Of a stretch of DNA of 64,000 nucleotides, positions 26,723-42,355 are shown piece by piece. The notes under the pieces are model-generated. The model made no database searches and was not told where the DNA came from. It saw only the letters and a program-made list of their open reading frames with translations. Each line of letters begins with the position of its first letter. Within the stretch, counting starts at the first letter, position 1. The DNA comes from Nymphaea colorata (lineage: Eukaryota), in the NCBI RefSeq assembly GCF_008831285.2, contig NC_045138.2:3596001-3660000 (forward strand), read 5' to 3'. Position numbers and translations under genes: made by a program.

Positions 26723-26886
26723 CAGTGAGGGAGACAGAAATTTTGAATTAAGGAGTACTATTTCAAGAGTTATCGTGGTGTAAAGAAATAAGCAAAAAAT
26801 GAATGACACCCATGTAAAAACAATGGAAAATTGTGAGGCTGGTGTTGGCAACTGTCCATACCAGCCTATATGTGGTTCCGCTACTG
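26723..26886. mobile_element. Degenerate MITE with CAGTGGCGGA-like ends
   Basis: Left CAGTGAGGGAGAC, right GGTTCCGCTACTG; a related fragment at 26265-26315; TSD eroded. Confidence 0.4.
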
Positions 26887-27058
26887 GTCAGGAAAATCAG
26901 CAGTTTTTACACTAGTATACATCCAGATTGAAAATGGCTGCATTTGGACCACCACGGTGTCTTAGTCCATTTCAATAGTTCTGAAATACTACCAATGTCA
27001 TACATAAGGTTGGGTTTAATGAACAACTTACAAGAATGAAAGATTAATGTTACGCTAA

Positions 27059-27299
27059 GGGGTGGTAGCGTACTGAGCGGCAAGGTGGTCTGGCTTCTTT
27101 AAGGACTCAGGTTCGAGACTTAAAGTGGTCACCGGCACAGTGCGCTCTATCTCTGGACCACCACAGTGTCTTAGTCCATTCCAGTGTGCTTTATTTCTGG
27201 ACCTGCAAAGGTCCCAAAGCATGCCCAGGGAGGGCCAGCATACAGATAAAGGAGCAATGACGGTGGTGGAATGAACCATTCATCCTTTAAAAAAAAAAA
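27059..27299 (+). mobile_element. Putative tRNA-derived SINE
   Basis: A-box-like TAGCGTACTGAGCGG 27066-27080, B-box-like GGTTCGAGACT 27110-27120, A11 tail 27289-27299; no clear TSD. Confidence 0.4.
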
Positions 27300-27387
27300 T
27301 CTCATTTATGTTTATTAAAGTTTCCCATTTATGGTGCAGTGCACAGTTATTTGGATTCCTCCTGCCATTCGTTCATCTGCCGCCATG

Positions 27388-27388
<1 letters not shown>

Positions 27389-27425
<37 letters not shown>
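27389..27425. repeat. (TA)n microsatellite
   Basis: Uninterrupted TA run. Confidence 0.95.
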
Positions 27426-27428
<3 letters not shown>

Positions 27429-29177
27429 TTGTAGCATGCAGATACACAGTTATGGAGGATGCACCCCACGCCAGTATTGAATTGTTAACCATTTTGAACA
27501 TGAAAGTCTTAGGTGCAAGAGCTAAACAATTTCAACCAATATGCCTAAAGAACGATGGATGGCACTAGATTGAATATGACGAGTCAATGAACTAATCCCT
27601 GTCGTACGCAGGAACATCAAATGTTTACAGAGTACTAACCAGACTCTCAAGTGAAATGTCTTTCAATCCAGTGTTATGAGAATCAGAATTCGAACATATA
27701 CAATCAGCATGTCAATAAAAAATATTCAGCTAAATCAGTTGCGAATTGGAAAAAGAAATATTAAGCTATTTATTTATGTATAGTTACAATAAGAAATTTC
27801 AAGATAATTTAAGAAAAAAAAAATCCCCGTTTGCCACAGATTAATTTGATTCGACAAATTCACCTCCCAGTACCACTACATCCCCCGGATGTCTTCCGGA
27901 GTTATGACCTCTCTAGCTACCAATATATAGGCGATTATATTAAAACGTAGGATACCCATTTTCTTTCTCCAATTAATTCCTCCTCTGACCACATTTTATG
28001 CTTTTCTTGGCATTTACTGAATCTGATGAGGCATCCCGTTTTTGCAAGAAACTTCGTCAAGAAATTGGCGTTCAACCTGAAGGAAGAGTCACATCCAACT
28101 AATGTACAGCCCTATATATATATATTCCATTAGTCAACACGCTCCAGCAAGCTATATATATATATATATATATATATGACATCGTCCCCTCCTGAATAAG
28201 TTCCAGTACTTCCTCTCCGCTGCCTTGCTTAATACTCGTAGCTATTGTCCACCGCGTGTCATGTCAAGACCATCAAATAACTACGCAATGTCGATAAAGT
28301 ATTTCTTTATTTCCTTGCAGCCTTCAAATTTCTGATGACAGACTGTGACTCATTCTCGATCTTTAATCTGTTACTACCAGTGAATTTGAATCACCATTTC
28401 TGTTCATTTGAAGGGAAATTTATTTTCAAGAACATGGTACCTAAACATTAATGTATAGATATCAGTTATTTGATTTCAAGGTATTGTGTCTGTTGATTAA
28501 TTAAGTCCGACTGTTGAGTTAACAAAAAATTGTTATTTTAATTTTTAAGTAAAAAAAAAAAATCACTTGGTTTCAAATATGCCCACTTAGGTTTTTTCTT
28601 CCAAAAAAGTCATAGCATTAATGGAAACCATTCATGTACTTAATTTTCATATTATCAAAAGAGCCAAGTTAGATATACTTAAAAGCATATATTAATAATA
28701 TCGTTTCATGTATAGCAGAAGAGGCTAATACAAACTGACTAATCAACATCATTTTTTTGTTTATACCAAAGATATTAGTTATAGTCTTTAGTTATCTCAT
28801 TCAAAATCCATGACAACACAAGGTTTGATTAACGAAATATTACTTTTTCGATTAGTGCAAAACTTGCGTGTGTTTTCAGTAATGTCCAGAAGTTGGGATT
28901 GCAGTACTTTGGTTTGACTTGCGGCAAAGCTTGCTATATATTCATTATTTCACAGATCATTTCCCGTACTTTGCATTGGACCTGATTGCAAACAAATTTA
29001 ACCTCGAATTTCAAAAGGAAAAGTGACAAATTTAAATTGTATTTAAGAGTAGGCAGAGTCGTCCCAATTTTTTAGATAGACGCACTTTGAAGATTTAGCA
29101 TTCATATGGCCCCTTCTTTCTTTCTTCTTATATATTTCATATACAGCTAGCGATGCAAAAGGTTCATAAATCATTAA

Positions 29178-29387
29178 CCTGTGTTTGATAGCCTCGGATC
29201 TCATATCCTCCACAATGTAAACAAATATTAAATTTTACCACTATGTGAAAAAAGAGATTTGAAATCCACAATTTATGGTCAGCGTTTTGAGGTTGGATGG
29301 AAGAGGTATGAGCTAAATCTGCTGATTTGAGATTCCCAATAACTTCAAATCATCTTTAATCTCAGATCCAATGCTACCAAACACCCC
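29178..29387. mobile_element. Tourist/PIF-Harbinger-like MITE
   Basis: Inverted ends GTGTTTGATAGC..GGATCTC (29181) and CAGATCC..GCTACCAAACAC (to 29384). Confidence 0.55.
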
Positions 29388-29868
29388 GCTTGCTTACTGA
29401 CTTCTACTAATCTAATTCAAGTCCAGACTAAGACCAAGGCCTTTTTTTCTTGGAAAACTGAATGATGGATTCAATCAACGCGCATAAGATATATCCACGT
29501 TTATATATGTACATGATTGGTTCATATCTTTATTGGACTCCACTCGGATGTAAACCCGATTCGAATATGGATTCAGTTTTGAAATTACATACCGGATCTG
29601 AATCTGGGATTAGGAGTAGGATCCAATACGTCCTCACCGACGAACTTTTTGTAGGGTTTTAAATGAATGGCCTCCACTTTTACACATACGCTTTCCAACT
29701 TTTGGGCGGCAACAGGAACCAGTTCCCAATAATGCTTTCCGTCAATCCATCTCCTGGTTGAACAAAGGCAATCTTTCTAGAGATGAGATAACAAGACTAC
29801 TCGATTTTTTGCACATGAAGGCACACAGGTTTTCCATAATCCCATCACCTCTTTGTTTCTCTCTCTCA

Positions 29869-29905
<37 letters not shown>

Positions 29906-32018
29906 GATGGATCTACTAACTTCATTTCCTTTGAAGGCATAAATATTGTGCTGTAAGAAAGCTGAGAGGAGGAATTAACACGACCCAATTAATCTAAAAT
30001 GGGCCATCCTGCGGGGCCATTAGCTTTAGCTTAATTTTTTTTACAGCATGGGGAGTACTGCACCGGAAAACATATACAAACTTTTCCGGCAAGCAGGCGC
30101 GCCGGAAATTGCTTCCATTGACTGTGAAACTACAGAAAAACTAAGTTGGCTATTCAGTACATTCTTGAATCCTTCTTAGTTTCTTAAGTTACTGGCTGTT
30201 AACGGCCTTGTTCCCGACGGACTGCTCTGGCTGTTATTCTTCTGTATATCGAACGGCCGGGACTTGGTCAAAAGCTGGCTGTAAATTTGCATGGAGGAAT
30301 ATTATAATATGAATGATGGGGAGGAGAACTCACCGGATCAGCCCCAACAAAAAGTCAAGCCCATTTTATATGGCCACAAGATTCAGCCCATGCGTGTGAT
30401 TGAATCAAGAGTTCGTTCGTCGTCCAAAATCCAGGAAGGCCACAGGCACATGGCCTCATCTCATGCTATGGCGGCTCTGTCTCCTCCTCTTCTTTTAACT
30501 GTTATTCTATCAATAACCACCATTTATTTATAATAAGTTCACCCATTTAAGGTGAAGATCCCGATTCCACGACGCGCTGTGATCGAGCTTTCTTTGCTTC
30601 AATGTCAATCAATATAACCAAATAGCAATTAAATTAAGGGAAGATGCTCGTGAATAATCCCCGGCCCACATTTTAATTAATTAGCTGCAAACTAATATAT
30701 GACACCTCTTCCTGCACTTTGAAAAATTTTATAAATATATCGATCTTTCGTGATATTCATGATCATATCAACGTCTCAAATCTGTGGGCAATGCTGACCA
30801 AGTGCGCCATGTGCTATGGGGCCAGCCGGAAGGCACGTCCACCACGGTCCATGTATATATATATATTATAGCTGAAAATATATATCAAGCCAGAGGCTAG
30901 CCAGGTACATATATATACACCACTTGATCCTTCTCTAGTTACAAATGAACGCAAAACCTAGTTAGGGGCCGGGCCGGGCGCCATATATATATATATGGAG
31001 CCTAATTATGCCTCAGTGGTCGAGCAAATATTTCTTTATAGTTAAACACTACCCTTCGTTCATGTAGGCTTGAAAAAATGGACGTAGATCTCTATCGATC
31101 AACTAATAATATTTCTAAGCCGGCCAACGGTTAATTGCAATCAAAGTTAAGGCCATCTATTTCTAGCTCGTTTACTTTCTAACTAGCTGCGATGGTTCAG
31201 TATATATGCGTCAACTCTGGCCAAATGATCTCTTATTTTTCTGATTAGTTTCCCTTTTCAAATTATGTAGAGCAAACGTAGAGAACGGAACAATGTAAAA
31301 GTCACCGAGACATGGCAATTAATTGGACCAAGATATATATACCTTCTGTTCTCACAGCACCTCGTTTCATCTTGAAGATTAAGAGCACGCATTCATGCAT
31401 ATTCTGTTCATCGTTCCGGTGCTGGAATGAAACAGAACTGCAGTTTAATGTGTTCCATCAATATAGATGCAAACTTCAAACACAGATCACATGCAGAATG
31501 TGTCATCCGTGTGTGTGTCTTGAATTCATTACTCTCCAGCGTTCAATATAAGATACGCAATTAATGTTGGAGAACAGACAAGCAAAGTAATTCAAGAAGC
31601 AGTGGCGCTGTTCCTCGAGTTGTGCTTGTTACACTGACCAAGAGCTTCGGACAAAAACAACATCACAAGACGCCCTCTTCTGCCTATCCAGAACAAATAA
31701 ATCAAACATACTGCAACTAAAGGCTGAGCCCGCTTGTGTATGGCATATCGAAAGCTCATTCAAGAGACGCAAGAAAACTAGTGAAGGAAGCGTAGCTAGC
31801 TACTTTTGCAAAAGCGAGAGAGAGAGAGAGAGAGCTTGGTTACTTAATATTGTTTAGTTTTGTAGTGAAAGGGTAACTGTTATTGTTATATTACAGTAGC
31901 TTATAATAAGTAACTTTTTGGATATACAGATCAATTGTTAATAGAGAAAATAGTTAGTGACCATCAGCCAAGTTGGGATCACCCTTTCAAGATGTGGTTA
32001 AAGAAAGATATTAGGATA

Positions 32019-32021
<3 letters not shown>

Positions 32022-32071
<50 letters not shown>
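32022..32071. repeat. (AT)n microsatellite
   Basis: Uninterrupted AT run of about 50 bp. Confidence 0.95.
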
Positions 32072-32074
<3 letters not shown>

Positions 32075-32842
32075 AGAGACAAGAAGCTGTAGCTGTTGCT
32101 TAATTTCATCCACCGATGCTGGTCGATCGACCTACCCTTTTCCCTTGCATCGAGCGCGTAGGTAGGGCGATCGAGGGAACGGTGCCAATTTAAACTGAAG
32201 TCTGTCCATCCAGCACATGCATGTGCACACGCGGGATGGCGACCCCAAATTAAAAGACCCCGTTTCAATTTTAATTCATTCAGGTTACAACTCTCGAGAA
32301 ACTCTGCTCACTGTCTTCGATCCATTTTAAAATGCAACGGGGAGCCACATTGGATTGCTTAACTCGGACCCAAGTGCCAAGAAGCTGACCTGAGGAAGAG
32401 GAACCCGATCGATCGAGTAAAATTCTCAAAATTAAGAAGACCCTCCTCGATCATGATGCCTGTGAATCGTACTTACCGACGTCTAATATATATATATATA
32501 TATATATATAAAGAGAGAGAGAGAGAAAGAGAGAGGACACGAAATTGAAGTGATTGGTTTTGAAAGAGATGGCATGTTTGGCTTCAACATGAAGGTGAAA
32601 CGACCGACCACCTTTCCTTAGATGACCCCAATTAACCTAACTGTGACAGCACTCATGAGGCTAATTGTGAGTTGCTTCCTGTTTTCTAAATTAATTAGTT
32701 TCCGGTGTTATGCCTACGCAATAATCTTCGTTTACAAGGACCGTAAATAGTCCACTAGAATGTTAATTGGTTTGGCAAAGAACGGCCGCCATGTACCCAT
32801 CTTTTGGTTTGCCGTTTTTGTTACCCCATGGCGGATGAGTTA

Positions 32843-33060
32843 GAAGCCGTTTAGCTATTTCATACCAATGAATTTGAGATCTTCGGAATTCAAGCTTTTG
32901 ATTAAATCTTTTGTTTCAGAAATGGAGACTGTACCATGAATTTGTAGACCTTGTATCTTGAAATTCATAACTTGAGATTTGCGGATTTCATATATGATGG
33001 GACTCACATTTAAATAAATTCCTTAAATTTAAGATCCGTACGTGGCAATCAAACACCTTC
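32843..33060. mobile_element. Tourist/PIF-Harbinger-like MITE upstream of the NAC gene
   Basis: Ends GAAGCCGTTT and AAACACCTTC flanked by TTA and TAA; AT-rich interior. Confidence 0.45.
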
Positions 33061-33863
33061 TAATGCAATCTTATATTTACATGGTGTAGATCATCTAAGG
33101 TGCTCAATGAATCGTTTACTTACTTTTCACTATGAGGGAAGTGCAAATGAACTAATTAGATGTAATAGTCACTAAGGGGATTGGGCGCAACATCAGGGGG
33201 TGAAAGTTAAATAGACAGTTAGTTTGGAACCTTTCGGCATTAACCTTCTATATTGTAAAAGAGAAGTCATTGATGTACAAGTTGAAGCATGCGATAAGTG
33301 CGACATTTTGAGGTGCTCCCGAAGCAAGTCCTATACTTCATAAAAACAAGATGTTGGGTGAAACTTTTTTTTGTTTTTTTAGATGGTAGAATGAAATACT
33401 CTTGATGGTATAAATTGAAGTTAATAAGCGATGCATACACGAACCCCTCTCCGACCAAACCTGATTACATTACATGCACCATAATCAAAATGAAAGGCCG
33501 ATCACAAACAGCAAGTCACCACTTCAGTTCTATACGTCTCCCTGTCTTCTTATATCCACTCTCGGATCGAGCCAAATGTGTTCATGTTGAGAAAGCGACC
33601 TACCCCTGCTCTCTCTCTCTTTGTGGGAACTCGGTGATGAGAAGGCGATGGTACGTGTTTCCCCATGGTTTGAATAAAGATGATGCTGCAACTAAACTAC
33701 CTTTTTCAGGCGCATCGGGATCGTTTCCCGGCTTAAAGAATGACCAAGGAAATTCAAAAATCCTCTCTCTTACGCGAATGCCTTAGTTTCTACGTTAGTT
33801 ACACTGGCAGACCGCCCCAACCGCCGGCGACGTCAACGGTGTCAACTTTTTGGCGCTCGAGAC

Positions 33864-33871
33864 TTATATAA
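33864..33871 (+). promoter_or_regulatory. TATA box of the NAC gene
   Basis: TTATATAA about 95 bp upstream of the ATG, followed by a GA-rich leader. Confidence 0.55.
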
Positions 33872-33962
33872 CGCCAAGAGGCCATCCATGCACAGGGTTG
33901 TTGTGGGGAGGGATCACAGAGAGGGAGAGCGAGAGCTGAAGACTTGTTGAGGTCGCTCGGAA

Positions 33963-35566
33963 ATGGCGTCGGCGGCAGGAGTACCCCCAGGATTCCGATT
34001 CCACCCCACGGATGAGGAACTCCTGCATTACTACCTGAAGAAGAAGGTGTCGTTCCAGAAGTTCGATCTTGAGGTGATAAGGGAGGTGGACTTGAATAAG
34101 ATGGAGCCTTGGGATTTGCAAGGTAAGTAATTAAAAGCACCATTCATGTCGTTTCCTCTCCTTCTCCTTCCACTTAGCTACACAGCAAGGCGTCCAATTC
34201 CTTAGCTAAGAGTTTCTGATTGTGAAAATATGTAAGGCCAGCACTTCACCTTTGCAGTAATAGTCCTTCAAAATGATGCATGCAGCATGCAGTAATTAGC
34301 GGCAGCAATTAATCTAGAATATTGCACAAAAGAAACTTTCTGCGGTAACAAGTGAATACAATACACATGCACATGCACACTGGAAATTAAAGCAGCCTCC
34401 AAGTAAGATCTGTGGCAAATTCTTGACATGAACAAGAGAGAGAGAGAGAGAGCACCTGCCCGGGTGCACGTTCATGCAACATGTTAACTTAATTGTGCAT
34501 ACCAAATAAGCATAGTGAAATTGGTGAAGTTCTCCAAATAATTTCTTGCAGAAGATCGATACCATAATTATCTCACTGGTTTATAGTTTCTTTACTATGA
34601 ATAGACGCTTATACTTTTCTCCTGAAAAATATGATTTGCTGTTGGGAGGATAATTTATGAAAATGATAAGCCGTTGATCTGTAAAAAAATTCTTACAAAA
34701 AATTAAGGGGAAATTAAAATGCAATTAATATTGTAACGAGAGGTAGTCTAAGCATTCTAACAAAATATCCAATCAAATTATAAATCATAGCATCCTCGCG
34801 CCGAATTAGTACCTTCTGTTACGAATTAAAAGAAATAAAACAAATTTTCATATGCACACACCCATCATGCATAACTCATTTGTATTGCAAAATCAAATTT
34901 GTCGACAATTAGCAACAACTTGTGTGCGAGAGCCAATTCATTTCTCCCCAAATTAAGATGGCATCGTGTTCCCTTGTACGTGTACCCAATTACAGCATCC
35001 CTCCTTTTAGGGGGGCCGGCCTTGGAGAGAGGACCCACCTTCAAGTGGTTCTTGCGGGAAGAGAGCGCTCGGCCCATGTCATGTGCTTAGCTAGCAAGCT
35101 GCCCATGAACAATAATCTTACAGACAAGCCAAATTGGGGCGAGAAGAGTGGAGCTGCCGCTCAACTTCTGTAATTACCCAGTCCCTGCTAAGAAGTGAAA
35201 GGAAATGCATGGTTGTGGTTTTCTTTCGAAAGGAAGACCACATTTTACGTAAGCTAAGGATATAATTCAAGCGAAGGTTCATATGCATATGCAGGGACTA
35301 TATTATGGTCAAAGCAATTTGCAACCATGATTCTCGGAAAGTAGCATGTGGGTAAGAATAGTGATGGTGAGGACAGGTTTCTTTCGCCGTCAGTAAAGCA
35401 CCGACGGAAGTACTTGGTTAGAACAAGCATAAGTTTCTTCCTTTCAGAAAGAACAGCAGTATTTTTTTTTTTGTAGGTTCTTCATGTCATTGTGTTAAGC
35501 TCTGAGTTTCGCCGTCATAGGACGAAGCCGCACCTCCTAAACTCTAGAAAAGGTGCAAACTCTTTT

Positions 35567-35605
<39 letters not shown>

Positions 35606-37472
35606 AAGAGAGGTTAACCTATGGAACTTCAGATCTTACTAATAGTTTCTTAATTTTCAGCAAGATATCAATAATTGGAAATTTTTTTGAAGGTAAGACA
35701 GTTGGTGGTTTTGTTTTTGGCTCGTAATCACGTAATATTGGATTTTCTTCTTTTGAAATCGTTATTTAGATATCCCAATGTATATATAGAAATTGAGAAG
35801 GAAAGAAAGGACAAACTGATGAGCCAGGCATGCATGAGTATAACCAGCTTTCCTCCTGCCAATGTTTTTTGTGTTTATGAAATTCAGAGAGGTGCAGAAT
35901 CGGGTCGACACCGCAGAACGAGTGGTACTTCTTCAGTCATAAGGACAAGAAATATCCGACTGGGTCGAGGACAAACAGGGCGACCAATGCAGGGTTCTGG
36001 AAGGCGACGGGGAGGGACAAGTGCATAAGGAACAGCTACAAGAAGATAGGGATGAGGAAGACGCTGGTGTTCTACAAAGGTCGAGCGCCCCACGGCCAGA
36101 AGACGGACTGGATCATGCATGAGTATCGACTCGAGGAGAACGACGACGTTCAAGGAAGCGTACGTCAACTCCCTCTCCCTCTATCTCTTTCTAACTAACT
36201 GATTAATTATCTATAAATTGCACATAAAAAGAACTAAAGTTTTGACGCCCTCCCTCTCTATCTATCTCTGTCTAACTGATTAATTATGTGTAATTGCACT
36301 TGAAAATAACTAAAGTTTTATGATTAATCGACGAATGCATGATTGAACCTTCAATGTTGCACTCATGATATAAAAAAAAATAGATCAAATTAACATTTTC
36401 AAGTTCTAAACGCTATATAGACCACATCGGCTTAAACCACCTTTACAATTTTAAAGAGTAGCAGACAGAGGGATTTCTTCAGTGTAATCGCACGAGTCTT
36501 GAATAGCCAGTGGCTTCGGCGCTCTAACGTGATGCCATGCTTATATGTGTGCACGAGCGCAGGGAATATGTGTGTGTTTCTTCAACGAAAGAGGTCCAAG
36601 GTGACTGATCTCTTGGCATGAAGCCGAGGGCGCTTAAATATAATTAATAAATTTCGAAAGCTGCAGCACTTTGAAAATGTCCAAACATCAAGGCACATCG
36701 GTCTTGCCGATGGATCTCATGCATATGCATTCATGCGGATGATCAGAGAGCGGGTTCGTCGCTTGTTAATTGTGGTTTCCCATATTGATTGCAGGAAGAA
36801 GGGTGGGTTGTCTGCCGAGTGTTTAAGAAGAAGAGCTTCTTCAAGCTGGGAAACGAAGGCGGCAGCAACGGCATGTGCATGGACCAAGAGGGCAACGGCG
36901 GGGATCACTTCGGCGCCGATCAGCTCCACCTCGCAGGGGGGGGCCACAAAGATCACATGCGCTTCATGACCCAGCCAGGCCACCACCACAACGGCGCCGT
37001 CGACCACCAACCGGGCTTCGACCACGCCGGCGGCCTCCAGTACGCCGGTGCACCTGCTGCTCATATCAATAACCCCCTGAACATGCCGCCCCCAGAAGCG
37101 CACCAGCTGCACGGCCAGAAGCTCCTCGGCTACAACTTCTGCGGCAGCGCCGCCCCTCCCGCCACTTCTCTCCTTGCTGCTAAGCAGTTTCTGGCCTGCA
37201 ACCAGAGGGCGCATGTCGGCTACCAACAGTGTGAAGGAGGAGGGATGGAGGCCGCCACGAGCGCGGGGGGAGGTGCCCAACTCGTGGAAATGAGAGATCA
37301 TGAGAATTTGAACGACTGGGCTCATGTGCTTGATAAATTTGTCGGTGGTGGGCAGATAAACCAGGAAGAGGACGCTTCCAGGGTCAGGTTTGGAGATGCC
37401 AACTCTACTTCCACACACCAAATGAATCCTCTCTCCTTGAGAGAGATGGATTTATGGACATATGGGAAGTAA
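33963..37472 (+). CDS. NAC-domain transcription factor, BEARSKIN/SOMBRERO (VNS) clade, BRN-like; 3 exons 33963-34122, 35888-36159, 36795-37472 (369 aa)
   Basis: [150 protein letters not shown]...[12 protein letters not shown] introns in the canonical NAC positions. STPQNEW and [13 protein letters not shown] match my recollection of Arabidopsis BRN1/BRN2. Confidence 0.95.
35569..35600. repeat. (GA)n microsatellite in NAC intron 1
   Basis: Uninterrupted GA run. Confidence 0.95.
36171..36323. repeat. Imperfect tandem duplication of about 77 bp at the start of NAC intron 2
   Basis: CCCT...CTAACTGATTAATTAT...ATTGCAC...AACTAAAGTTTT occurs twice. Confidence 0.7.
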
Positions 37473-38025
37473 GAGAGATAAGGAATGAATGAATGATGGT
37501 GTTCGATCCATCCGCTCGTATTGGATTTGGGCGAGACTGGGAATTCAAGAAGGCTCTTCTCTTTCTCTCCCTATATATATATATATATATATTGTGTGTG
37601 TGGAGAAGTTGTGTTTGTGTGCATGTTAGGTTAATTAATTTCTACAATGTGTTTCCACCAAGTATGTGATTAATGTGCAGGGCAAGCACATGGCGTGCCC
37701 ATGGTTGTTCATCAGCATGTGCATGTATCCTTCATGTGTGTCCCTGCATGATAAGTTGTTTGCGTGCTTAATCTGATCGATATTAATTGTTCAAGATTTT
37801 TTATGACTTCATTTATCTATGTATTTTGCCATCTCATGGCTTCGTGTCCTTTACAACTAGACATTCAAACTGATTATAAAAGATAATGTATCCAGAAGTT
37901 GTGGATAAGTTTTATCAAATGGTGGCTGCCGGTTAATTTTGCCGGAAGTGGATGGATTGAGAGAAGGGGATCAACTTTGTGAAATAGCACCTTGTAAGGC
38001 AAAGTGGGTTATATACTAAAGCGGG

Positions 38026-38026
<1 letters not shown>

Positions 38027-38081
<55 letters not shown>
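38027..38081. repeat. (TA)n microsatellite
   Basis: Uninterrupted TA run of about 55 bp. Confidence 0.95.
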
Positions 38082-38083
<2 letters not shown>

Positions 38084-39371
38084 GCGCCAACGCTCAATAC
38101 CATCTTTCTCATCCCAGATCCAGAAAATCAGTAGCATCATGTTATTAGTTCATCTTCTCGTTCCCTATGTCTGGCATATTATAGGAGCAATATTATACAT
38201 AGTCTCAAATTACGGTATTTTTTCTTCTCTTATTTTTAGATCTTTTTAATGAGATCATGGCTATTCGATCGCTAGATTGCTCATCCGCATAAATGGGGGA
38301 ACCTGCACGCTACAGCCAGGTCAGTTGATATTAATGCCTTTGTTCTTTTCTTAATCTTCGATCATTTCCTCACTACGCAATGTGTATGCTATCCACGCTC
38401 TTTAACACTTACCTGTCTCTAACCATTGCGTTGTTCTCAAATAAATTGCTACCGTGGGAATCTCAACTACCACTTCCCGTCTTCAAGGCCGATATTTTGA
38501 AAATCTTACTTTGAAACGAAAATTGATCCTGAAAAGCTTATACAAGGTGTGGCAACATTTAGAAAAAGAAAAGTCCTAACATTCGATCGGAAAGCTATGA
38601 AATGCGGCTTGCTGAAACCTAGAGTCAAGCAGACAATTAAAAGAGAAAGTTCACTTAGGATTGGTCCTTCATCATTTTGACCAGGGCAGATCCAAATTCT
38701 CTCTTCCTCTAACATGTCATTGATAACAGAGCGCAGCAGAGATTTTACTAAGATTGTTGGTACAAATCTCAGTTTTTCTCTTCGTTTCTTAAACTCAGTC
38801 TTGAACATGATTTTCTTCACAAGTTACGCTCATGTATGTATGCATTCAAGTTCGTAGAAGAACCTGCGCTCATGATTTTGAAGCTTGAATTGGTTCCTTA
38901 TTGGTGTAGGCTAGGCTTTCCACTGCTATCGCGGAACCGGTAGATCTTGGCCGGAATCTCCTCAGTATGAACGCCATAAGCCGATATTCGTTCATCGAGG
39001 ACACCTCTCAAATTTAGCAACCGACACATAGTTTTTAAGAGGCTTGGTGAGCATGTCGTTTACATGCTCTCCCAAAAATATTACTACTTCCTCACGGGCA
39101 AAGTTGTAACCGATTTCAACGTTATTAATTGCAGGGCAATCTTGAAAAGCGGGATTTGCCGCTAGATATCTCTTCTAAAGTACCATCGCTTAGCTTAATA
39201 GATCGTAACAGAAGGCAAAAGGCAAAGTAATGAAAATTAAGGAAAGAAGAATGATCTATTTACTTAAGCAGATGGCGTCGTCTCTTCAACAAGGAGCACG
39301 TTCGGATTCAACACCTCAACGAAAAAAAAAAGAAAATAAAAAAAGAAAAGAAAATAACACATATCACAGAT

Positions 39372-41689
<2,318 letters not shown>

Positions 41690-41782
41690 GGCCAAGCGGG
41701 GAGGGTGCTCTCTGCGGCGGCTTCTAGTCGGGGAAAGGCGGAAACAGGGGAAGCCGGGAGTGCCGGAGGCGTGGTCAGGGGG

Positions 41783-42355
41783 TCTATAAAGAGGGTAGCC
41801 ATGGCTGAGAGTGCGACAAGTCGGATTGGATTTTGGATGAGCGGCAGTGGAGATGGGTTAGCGGGTGTAATCTGAAGGAGGGTTGTGATAGGCCCGCTGT
41901 CGATGGCGTGGCAGATAGATTCTCCGATGTGGGCAACCCTTGGCCTCTTGATTCTGCTCATCATGGATAGATGGGCCTTCACATTCCCTGCTCCTCTTCT
42001 CTCTCTCCGTCGTTTATTTCCCTTCACTTGGTTTTTAATGTTGGGATTTTCAAAAGGCACAAGTTTTCTGTTGCCAAATTTCCAGAATAGTTCTTATGGC
42101 TACTGACGACTTTCCTCTCTCTCTCTCTCTCTCTCTCTTTCTTTCCACACGCACACGTGTGTGTCTCATTGGGCACGTCCAGATGCCGTTCAGAGTAGTC
42201 ATGAGAGGGAGCTGAATCTGAGCTAAGTCTTCTTAGCTTGAGCCAAATATAAGCACGATATTAGAAGCGAGAGAGAGAAACCCAAAGTGAAAAGCTAAAC
42301 CAGGCTTTAACTTCCTTCTTTTTCCGACTTAAATGTAAATGAAGCAAAACACGTG
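41783..42355 (-). promoter_or_regulatory. LHCB5 light-responsive promoter motifs
   Basis: On minus strand: TATA-like TTTATAGA 41783-41790, CCAAT 41825-41829, GCCAC (SORLIP1-like) 41908-41912, AATCT (CCA1-site core) 41917-41921, G-boxes CACGTG 42154-42159 and 42350-42355. This combination is typical of Lhc promoters. Confidence 0.55.

Noticed and set aside
33888..33950. Possible 20-codon uORF before the NAC ATG
   Set aside because: Its ATG is only about 23 bp after the TATA box, probably upstream of the TSS.
36717..37421. 234-aa minus-strand ORF
   Set aside because: Antisense shadow of GC-rich NAC exon 3; no independent evidence.
38506..38820. 104-aa ORF between the convergent NAC and LHCB5 3' ends
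   Set aside because: No recognisable homology, splice context or codon signal.
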